Assembly (NCBI GenBank): GCA_025355305.1
Contig: JANXZW010000058.1
Location: forward strand, 6,332 to 70,331
Length of the DNA stretch: 64,000 nt
DNA from: Actinomycetes bacterium
Lineage (GTDB): Bacteria; Actinomycetota; Actinomycetes; Nanopelagicales; Nanopelagicaceae
Direction of reading: 5' to 3'
Shown here: piece by piece, positions 57,953-64,000 of the stretch
Layout of the letters: every line of letters begins with the position of its first letter
Numbering within the stretch: position 1 is the first letter of the stretch
Position numbers and translations under genes: made by a program
Notes under the pieces: generated by a model
The model's database searches: none
Told to the model about the DNA's origin: nothing
The model's input: the letters and a program-made list of their open reading frames with translations, nothing else

Positions 57953-58994
57953 CATGCCCCGAACGCGTTAGCGCCGCATCAATCAGCCTTGTAATCACCT
58001 CGGGGTAGCTCACGCCACCACGTCCCCATAACTTGGGGAACATTGAGGTTGGAGTAAATCCAGGCATGGTGTTGAGTTCATTGATCACGATCTCACCGCC
58101 ATCTGTATAGAAGAAATCAACCCGGGCCAGACCTTCACAATCCAGGGCTTTAAATGCCGCAATCGCCGCAGCCTGAATCTGCGCTTCAACTCCGTCGGGT
58201 AGATCATCGGGAAAGAGAACGGTGGTGGCGCTATCCAGATACTTTGCTTCAAAATCATAGAATTCATGATCACCCAGGATCTTAATTTCCCCGATCGGTG
58301 ATGCCTGCGCGCTCCCACCTCTCTCCAGAACTCCACATTCAATCTCGCGCCCGATGATCGCCCTTTCAATCATTACCTTTGTATCGAATTCAAAAGCGCG
58401 ATCAATGGCCGATTGCAGCTCTGCAAAGCTCTTTACCTTGGTGGTGCCACGACTAGAGCCACTTCGCGCTGGTTTTACGAAGACCGGATAGTGCAGTCCC
58501 TCGATCTGAGCAGCGCTCCACGCACCCGCCTTGAGTACTACTCCTGGAGCCACATTTAATCCGTGTGCTTGGAAAATTGGTTTTGCGAAACTCTTATCCA
58601 TAGCCAGAGCGCTGGCCAAGACCCCAGAACCGACGTAGCGAATCCCCGCCATCTCGCAGAGCCCCTGAACCGTTCCATCTTCCCCATATGGACCATGCAG
58701 CAGCGGAAAAAGGAGATCAAAATCCAGAGCGCGCCCGTCAGCTCTAAATCCATGAATATCTGCAACGATAGCGGGGAGAGTTTCATCTACTTCGGGCAGG
58801 TGGCCATTTTCGATAGCTAACGTGGTCGCAAGATCGACTAAGACCCACTTACCAGATCTGGTGATTCCTATCAGAATCGGTTCAAAGCGCTCTCTATCGA
58901 TAGCGCTCAAAACTCCGCCCGCAGAGATACATGAAATTTCGTGCTCTGCTGATTGGCCTCCGAAGAGAATCGCAACGCGCTTCTTTGAGTTCAT
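57942..58994 (-). CDS. ddl: D-alanine--D-alanine ligase
   Basis: VAILFGGQSAEHEIS, FPLLHGPYGEDGTVQG, and ATP-grasp C-terminus NELNTMPGFT. Confidence 0.93.
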   Translation of the reverse strand: MNSKKRVAILFGGQSAEHEISCISAGGVLSAIDRERFEPILIGITRSGKWVLVDLATTLAIENGHLPEVDETLPAIVADIHGFRADGRALDFDLLFPLLHGPYGEDGTVQGLCEMAGIRYVGSGVLASALAMDKSFAKPIFQAHGLNVAPGVVLKAGAWSAAQIEGLHYPVFVKPARSGSSRGTTKVKSFAELQSAIDRAFEFDTKVMIERAIIGREIECGVLERGGSAQASPIGEIKILGDHEFYDFEAKYLDSATTVLFPDDLPDGVEAQIQAAAIAAFKALDCEGLARVDFFYTDGGEIVINELNTMPGFTPTSMFPKLWGRGGVSYPEVITRLIDAALTRSGHVTR

Positions 58995-59989
58995 AGTTCG
59001 GCCAAGGTGCTAACCGACATGAGTCGCTCCATCGCCTGATGCGGAGTGATCGAACCCGTCACAGCATCAGCCATCACTTCAATGATTGGAACTTCAACAC
59101 CAACGCGATGCGCCAACTCGCGAATTGCGGGTGCTGATGCAACACCTTCAACGGTTTTAGCCACTTCACTTCGCGCACCAGCCATCGTTCCGGTCCGTCC
59201 ATATGCCTCACCGAATTGGCGATTTCGCGAGAGAGCGGATCCACAACTTGCCACGATATCGCCCATCCCTGCGAGGCCCAAGAAGGTCAGGGGGTTTGCG
59301 CCATAACTCTGACCAAAGCGCGCCACCTCTGATAACCCGCGAGTGATGATCATCGCTTGGGTGTTCTCCCCTAAGTTCATTCCAATGGTCATTCCAACCG
59401 CTAGCGCCACCACGCTCTTAGCCGCGCCCGCTAATTCGCATCCAACTAAATCATCCGATGGGTATATTCGGAAATACGGTGTGGTGAATAAGTCGATCAT
59501 TAAAAGTTGCAATTGCGGATTAGAAGAAGCAGCTACCGCACCAGCGGGCTCACGAAGCGATAATTCACCTGCAAGGTTGGGACCAGTGATTAAACCGATA
59601 AGCGCGGGATCACTGCCGAGTTCCTCGACTATCACCTCAGTCATGCGCGAGGTTGTCTCCGCCTCAATTCCTTTGAGGGTAGAGATGATGGGGAGATCCT
59701 TCGGAAAGATAGTTTGCCAATTCTTCAAATTTTCTCGCAAAGTCTGCGCAGGTATTGCAAGCACGATCGCCTCACCGAAGGCAAAGGCTTCCTCAATATC
59801 GCTCGTCGCATGCAGATTGTCGGGGAGATGGATCCCCGGGAGAAAGGTAGTGTTGCTGCGCAAGGAATTAATCTCTGTCACGACGCTGCCATTGCGACCC
59901 CATATTAGAACTTCGTGCCCAGCGTCGCAGAGCACCTGGGCGAGCGTCGTTCCCCATGCACCAGTTCCTAGCACTGTCACCTGAGACAT
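58991..59989 (-). CDS. gpsA: NAD(P)H-dependent glycerol-3-phosphate dehydrogenase
   Basis: VLGTGAWGTTLA Rossmann motif, and GLAGMGDIVASC. Confidence 0.92.
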   Translation of the reverse strand: MSQVTVLGTGAWGTTLAQVLCDAGHEVLIWGRNGSVVTEINSLRSNTTFLPGIHLPDNLHATSDIEEAFAFGEAIVLAIPAQTLRENLKNWQTIFPKDLPIISTLKGIEAETTSRMTEVIVEELGSDPALIGLITGPNLAGELSLREPAGAVAASSNPQLQLLMIDLFTTPYFRIYPSDDLVGCELAGAAKSVVALAVGMTIGMNLGENTQAMIITRGLSEVARFGQSYGANPLTFLGLAGMGDIVASCGSALSRNRQFGEAYGRTGTMAGARSEVAKTVEGVASAPAIRELAHRVGVEVPIIEVMADAVTGSITPHQAMERLMSVSTLAEL

Positions 59990-60786
59990 CAGCCCCGCCT
60001 CCTCTTTTTGAAATTTCCCGTTCTTGGAAAGTCTGATAGATGCGGATCAAATATCTGAGAGGGTGCCTTCTCGTCTCTGATCTCTTCCAACAACTTAGTG
60101 ATGGCGGCCATTGCGTAGGCGGTTGCCTCCACCATCGCTTCGTGATCATCTTCTTTGCCATACCAAGGGGAGAAGTCCAGGGGCTTGCCCGCGATCACCG
60201 TGACCTTAGTGCGCGGCCAAATCTTGGGACGCTTGCCGTAGGGTGGAAGAATTTCTGTAGCTCCCCATTGCGCGCAGGGTATGACTGGAACCTTGGTCGT
60301 GACAGCCAGCCGAGCTAGACCGGTCTTGGCGACCATCGGCCAGCGCTCTTCATCGCGAGTGAGAGTCCCCTCTGGGTAGACACCCAGGCAGTGGCCCGCC
60401 TTTAAAAAGGCGATAGCGTGGGCAAGCGCGAGTAGACCAGCACCTTTTACTTCACGTTCGACAGGAACCTGTTCGGCATGACGAAGCACCCAACCAACCA
60501 GAGGAAGACGAAAAAGTGAGGCCTTGCCGAGAAAACGAACGGCTCGCCCATTGTTGTAGAGAAACTTTGCAAAAATAAGTGGATCGACATAGGAGATGTG
60601 ATTGCAGGCTGCAATCATCGGACCACTAGGCGGGATGTTCTCTTCTCCCAACCAATGTGATTTTGATATTAGATTGAGAAGTGGAATTACAACTCCAGCG
60701 CCAGCCTTCCACGTTGGGTTACTTCCCAACGGACTTCCCCGCGGTGGCGAGTAAACGGGTGCGAGATCGCTGCCTTGATTAGCCAC
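59989..60786 (-). CDS. Lysophospholipid acyltransferase, PlsC family
   Basis: HX4D motif NHISYVD and YPEGTLTR. Lies downstream of gpsA. Confidence 0.82.
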   Translation of the reverse strand: MANQGSDLAPVYSPPRGSPLGSNPTWKAGAGVVIPLLNLISKSHWLGEENIPPSGPMIAACNHISYVDPLIFAKFLYNNGRAVRFLGKASLFRLPLVGWVLRHAEQVPVEREVKGAGLLALAHAIAFLKAGHCLGVYPEGTLTRDEERWPMVAKTGLARLAVTTKVPVIPCAQWGATEILPPYGKRPKIWPRTKVTVIAGKPLDFSPWYGKEDDHEAMVEATAYAMAAITKLLEEIRDEKAPSQIFDPHLSDFPRTGNFKKRRRG

Positions 60787-60809
60787 GGCGCTAGTTTAGT
60801 CGCTCTTCA

Positions 60810-60853
60810 TCATCTAGAAATAGAAATAGGGGGAAGCGATAACGCCTCCCCCT
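60810..60853 (-). terminator. Intrinsic terminator of hupB
   Basis: On the minus strand, TAGGGGGAGGCG-TTAT-CGCTTCCCCCTA (one mismatch) is followed by TTTCTATTTCT. Confidence 0.65.
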
Positions 60854-60871
60854 AATAAAGTCAGAGCAGAA

Positions 60872-61387
60872 TTAACGCTTGACTGCCTTCTTAGCAGGTG
60901 CTGCCTTCTTAGCAGGTGCTGCCTTCTTAGCAGGTGCTGCCTTCTTAGCAGGTGCTGCCTTCTTAGCAGGTGCTGCCTTCTTAGCAGGTGCTGCCTTCTT
61001 AGCAGGTGCTGCCTTCTTAGCAGCGACCTTAACGACAGGTTTTACAGCAACCTTCGCGGCAACTTTTGGAAGAACCTTAACTGGTGGCTTTGGAGCGGCC
61101 TCAAGCTTGCGAGCTCCTGAGATGATCTCCTTAAGTGCCTTTGCTGGCAGGAAGCGAACCTTCTTGCTTGCCTTGATCTGAATAGTCTCACCGGTAAATG
61201 GGTTGCGACCCTTGCGTGCAGGGCGATCCACCTTCTTGAACTTACCAAAATCGTTAATCATCACATCGTCGCCCTTAGAGATGTTGCGCACGATTGCATC
61301 AAAAACTACATCAACAGCGCGAGCTGCCTCTTTCTTGCTATCCCCAAACTGTGGAGCCAAGTATGCGATGAACTGGGCCTTGTTCAT
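60872..61387 (-). CDS. hupB: HU-type nucleoid protein with Lys/Ala/Pro-repeat C-terminal tail (HupB/MDP1-like)
   Basis: The HU fold MNKAQFI...GFGKF...RNPFTGE is followed by (AAPAKK)x7. Confidence 0.92.
   Translation of the reverse strand: MNKAQFIAYLAPQFGDSKKEAARAVDVVFDAIVRNISKGDDVMINDFGKFKKVDRPARKGRNPFTGETIQIKASKKVRFLPAKALKEIISGARKLEAAPKPPVKVLPKVAAKVAVKPVVKVAAKKAAPAKKAAPAKKAAPAKKAAPAKKAAPAKKAAPAKKAAPAKKAVKR
60883..61023. repeat. Perfect 18-bp tandem repeat TGCCTTCTTAGCAGGTGC x7 plus a partial copy (encodes the AAPAKK units of hupB)
   Basis: Read directly. The seven full copies are identical at the DNA level. Confidence 0.9.
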
Positions 61388-61513
61388 TAGTTCCCCTTAA
61401 ATATGCGTATTCATTAGGCTTTTGCCTACAGAAAAGAAATCTACGCGTGCAGAGTTCAAAGCAGCCCTATTAATAACGGTGTGTCGCGGGTAAAAATTGC
61501 ACTATTTACGCGT

Positions 61514-61556
61514 AAAAAACTCTAAATCACGAGTGGAGAGTTCTCTCTCCACTCGT
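61514..61556 (-). terminator. Intrinsic terminator downstream of leuD
   Basis: Perfect 12-bp stem ACGAGTGGAGAG / CTCTCCACTCGT with a 4-nt loop. On the minus strand it is followed by GATTTAGAGTTTTTT. Confidence 0.7.
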
Positions 61557-61567
61557 CACGGGGCAAA

Positions 61568-62167
61568 TTATGAGCGTGCTGGAAGGGTTTTAGGCTTGTA
61601 GGAAGGGCGCGAACTCTCGTAAGCGCTCACAGCATCGATATTTTTCAGCGTTAAACCGATGTCATCGAGTCCCTCGATCAGTCGCCAGCGGGTGTAATCA
61701 TCGAGTTCAAAGGGGAAGATCTCACTTCCCAGACGTACATTCTTCGCCTCCAGGTCTACCGTGATAGCGGTCGTTGGATCAGCCTCAATCAGCTCCCAGA
61801 TCTTTTCGACCTTCTCTTGCGGCAAGATCACCGTAAGGAGGCCGCCCTTGAGCGAGTTACCTCGGAAGATATCTGCAAAACGGCTAGAGATAACTGCCTT
61901 AAAGCCATAGTTCTGCAGCGCCCAAACCGCATGCTCGCGTGATGAACCAGTTCCAAAATCCGCACCTGCAACCAAAACTGTAGCCGCACGATACTGCGGT
62001 TGATTCAGAACGAAATCGGGATCATTGCGCCACGCGGCGAAGAGACCATCTTCAAAACCGTTTTTAGTAACTCGTTTGAGGTAAACCGCGGGAATGATTT
62101 GGTCTGTATCTACATTAGAACGGCGAAGTGGAAGAGCAGTTCCGGTATGTGTAACGAATTTCTCCAT
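61568..62167 (-). CDS. leuD: 3-isopropylmalate dehydratase small subunit
   Basis: [26 protein letters not shown], and [13 protein letters not shown]. The start was moved to ATG 62167, which has AAGGAG upstream. Confidence 0.93.
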   Translation of the reverse strand: MEKFVTHTGTALPLRRSNVDTDQIIPAVYLKRVTKNGFEDGLFAAWRNDPDFVLNQPQYRAATVLVAGADFGTGSSREHAVWALQNYGFKAVISSRFADIFRGNSLKGGLLTVILPQEKVEKIWELIEADPTTAITVDLEAKNVRLGSEIFPFELDDYTRWRLIEGLDDIGLTLKNIDAVSAYESSRPSYKPKTLPARS

Positions 62168-62177
62168 GATGGGCTCC

Positions 62178-63575
62178 TTAGAGATCTGCAGGCGATGAGA
62201 GTGTTCCGCGGATAGCGGTTGCAGCTGCAACCAATGGGCTTACAAGGTGTGTGCGACCACCCTTGCCCTGACGTCCTTCAAAGTTTCTGTTTGATGTTGA
62301 TGCAGAACGTTCGCCGACCGCGAGTTGATCTGGATTCATTCCAAGACACATTGAGCAACCAGCATTGCGCCATTCTGCGCCAAAGTCGATGAAGATTTGA
62401 TCGAGCCCTTCTTGCTCAGCTTGTAAACGAACACGAGCCGACCCAGGCACAACCAACATGCGAACTGAGTCTGCCTTCTTCTTGCCCTTGAGAATTTCTG
62501 CGGCTGCTCGCAAATCTTCAATGCGTCCATTTGTGCAGGAACCTAAAAAGATGGTGTCGACAGAGATCGACTTAAGAGGTAGACCGGCCTCCAACCCCAT
62601 ATAGGTAAGTGCACGCTCTGCCGCACCACGCTCTTCCACATCTGCGATATCTGCTGGATTTGGAACTGAAGCGCTTAAGGGAAGTCCTTGACCAGGGTTA
62701 GTTCCCCATGTAACAAAGGGAGCGAGTTCTTCTGCCTTCAAGAAAATCTCGGTATCGAATTTTGCATCGGCATCGCTCTGCAAAGTTTTCCAATAAGCGA
62801 CAGCCGCATCCCAATCTGCACCCTCGGGGGCATGGGGCTTGCTCTTAACGTATTTAAAGGTTGTCTCGTCTGGGGCAATCAAACCTGCACGAGCTCCTGC
62901 CTCGATGGACATATTGCAGATCGTCATGCGTCCCTCCATCGAAAGGGCGCGAATAGTCGAGCCGCGATATTCGATGACAAAACCTTGGCCGCCGCCAGTA
63001 CCAATCTTGGCAATAATCGCAAGAATGACGTCCTTCGATGTTACGCCCTCGGGAAGAACTCCATCAACATTGATCGCCATAGTCTTCGGACGGACCAACG
63101 GAAGTGTCTGTGTGGCAAGAACGTGTTCAACTTCTGAGGTGCCGATACCGAAGGCGAGAGCTCCAAATGCTCCATGTGTTGAGGTATGAGAATCACCACA
63201 AACGATTGTCATCCCAGGCTGAGTAATTCCTAGCTGAGGACCAACAACGTGGACAATTCCTTGTTCTGCATCGCCAAGGGAATGGATGCGGACTCCAAAC
63301 TCAGCGGCATTTTGACGCAATGTATCTACTTGCAATTTGGAGACGGGATCGGCGATCGGAAGATTGATATTAAGAGTCGGGGTGTTGTGATCTTCCGTGG
63401 CGATCGTTAGATCAGTGCGACGAACCGTGCGACCCGCAAGGCGCAGCCCATCAAAGGCTTGCGCTGAGGTAACTTCGTGAATGAGGTGGAGATCGATATA
63501 GAGGAGGTCTGGTTCACCCTCGGCGCTACGGACAATGTGATCGGCCCATATCTTCTCGGCAAGTGTCTTACTCAT
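62178..63575 (-). CDS. leuC: 3-isopropylmalate dehydratase large subunit
   Basis: [10 protein letters not shown], the aconitase-family motifs CGDSHT and GSCTNGR, and [10 protein letters not shown]. The start was moved to ATG 63575, which has GAAGGAGGAGGAG upstream. Confidence 0.95.
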   Translation of the reverse strand: MSKTLAEKIWADHIVRSAEGEPDLLYIDLHLIHEVTSAQAFDGLRLAGRTVRRTDLTIATEDHNTPTLNINLPIADPVSKLQVDTLRQNAAEFGVRIHSLGDAEQGIVHVVGPQLGITQPGMTIVCGDSHTSTHGAFGALAFGIGTSEVEHVLATQTLPLVRPKTMAINVDGVLPEGVTSKDVILAIIAKIGTGGGQGFVIEYRGSTIRALSMEGRMTICNMSIEAGARAGLIAPDETTFKYVKSKPHAPEGADWDAAVAYWKTLQSDADAKFDTEIFLKAEELAPFVTWGTNPGQGLPLSASVPNPADIADVEERGAAERALTYMGLEAGLPLKSISVDTIFLGSCTNGRIEDLRAAAEILKGKKKADSVRMLVVPGSARVRLQAEQEGLDQIFIDFGAEWRNAGCSMCLGMNPDQLAVGERSASTSNRNFEGRQGKGGRTHLVSPLVAAATAIRGTLSSPADL

Positions 63576-63649
63576 TGCTCCTCCTCCTTCTAACGATAAA
63601 TTTCCTCTCAAACCTTGCATCTCAAAGTGTAAGATGCCAGTATTAGAGT

Positions 63650-64000
63650 ATGGACACTAAGAATAGCGGAGTCGGCGTATTAGACAAATCCGTGCGAATC
63701 TTGGCCACCTTAGAAGCAGGACCTCATTCATTGGCAGAACTTGTGGCAGCAACCGGAATAGCTCGCCCCACCGCTCATCGTCTGGCCGTCGCTCTGGAAT
63801 TTCACCGCCTGGTGACGCGTGATCTCATGGGCCGCTTCGTCCTTGGAGCGCGCGCTGCGGAGTTGGCTTCCGCCGCCGGCGAGGACCGTTTGCTCTCGGT
63901 CGCCGCACCCGCTCTCGCAGCTTTGCGCGATGCATGTGGTGAAAGCGCACAGCTTTATCGCCGTCAAGGTGACCAGCGAATTTGCGTTGCAACGGCGGAG
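63650..64000 (+). CDS. IclR family transcriptional regulator (LtbR-like; 3' end outside the window)
   Basis: Hand translation [50 protein letters not shown]... is open to the window end. It is divergent from leuCD, as in other Actinomycetota. Confidence 0.85.
   Translation, partial: MDTKNSGVGVLDKSVRILATLEAGPHSLAELVAATGIARPTAHRLAVALEFHRLVTRDLMGRFVLGARAAELASAAGEDRLLSVAAPALAALRDACGESAQLYRRQGDQRICVATAE

Noticed and set aside
59343-59984. 213-aa plus-strand ORF
   Set aside because: It is entirely antisense to gpsA, which has clear Rossmann and family motifs. The translation is Ser/Pro/Ala/Arg-rich low complexity, typical of shadow frames.
60879-61181. Regular 18-bp repeats that might suggest a CRISPR array or an (AAFLAG)n ORF
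   Set aside because: The repeats are contiguous with no spacers and lie inside hupB, where they encode the AAPAKK tail. The plus-strand ORF is its antisense shadow.
62168-62230. Upstream extensions of leuD (62168-62230) and leuC (63576-63620) in the ORF track
   Set aside because: The internal ATGs at 62167 and 63575 have strong Shine-Dalgarno sequences and match the conserved N-termini. The leuD extension would overlap leuC by 53 nt.

Overview
The window is a gene-dense chromosomal segment, about 90% coding by eye. Gene content and order look like a streamlined member of the Actinomycetota. All calls come from reading the supplied translations and the DNA; no searches were run.

Three blocks match conserved actinobacterial gene order, recalled from M. 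tuberculosis H37Rv and not searched:
- DUF3000-rnd-dxs, then the TrmA-like methyltransferase, trkA x2, DUF3159, dut, DUF3093 and DUF4193.
- A roughly 19 kb co-directional minus-strand array: recG-rsmD-coaD-sepIVA-like-yceD-rpmF-rnc-mutM-smc-ftsY-amt-glnB-glnD-ffh-rpsP-KH-rimM-trmD.
- thiL ... ddl-gpsA-plsC-hupB-leuD-leuC, divergent from an IclR regulator.

Less universal content sits between these blocks:
- A class III aminotransferase divergent from a DHA2 MFS pump.
- A NiCoT nickel/cobalt permease.
- A padR-ino1 operon.
- A Cas4-like PD-(D/E)XK nuclease.
- A sensor-less HisKA_3 kinase with a NarL-type regulator.
- A GT4 glycosyltransferase preceded by a 13-bp tandem repeat.
- An orphan FTR1 iron permease.
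- A seven-gene gamma-glutamylation-type amine catabolism cluster between thiL and ddl.

I found no rRNA, tRNA, CRISPR array, transposase or integrase. rpmF (57 aa) is missing from the ORF track and was found by hand. Several ORF-track starts were trimmed to downstream starts that have Shine-Dalgarno support.

Nothing here amounts to a clearly novel multi-gene system. The most interesting items are the gamma-glutamylation island, the minimal two-component pair, the standalone Cas4-like nuclease, and several short palindromes and tandem repeats in promoter regions.
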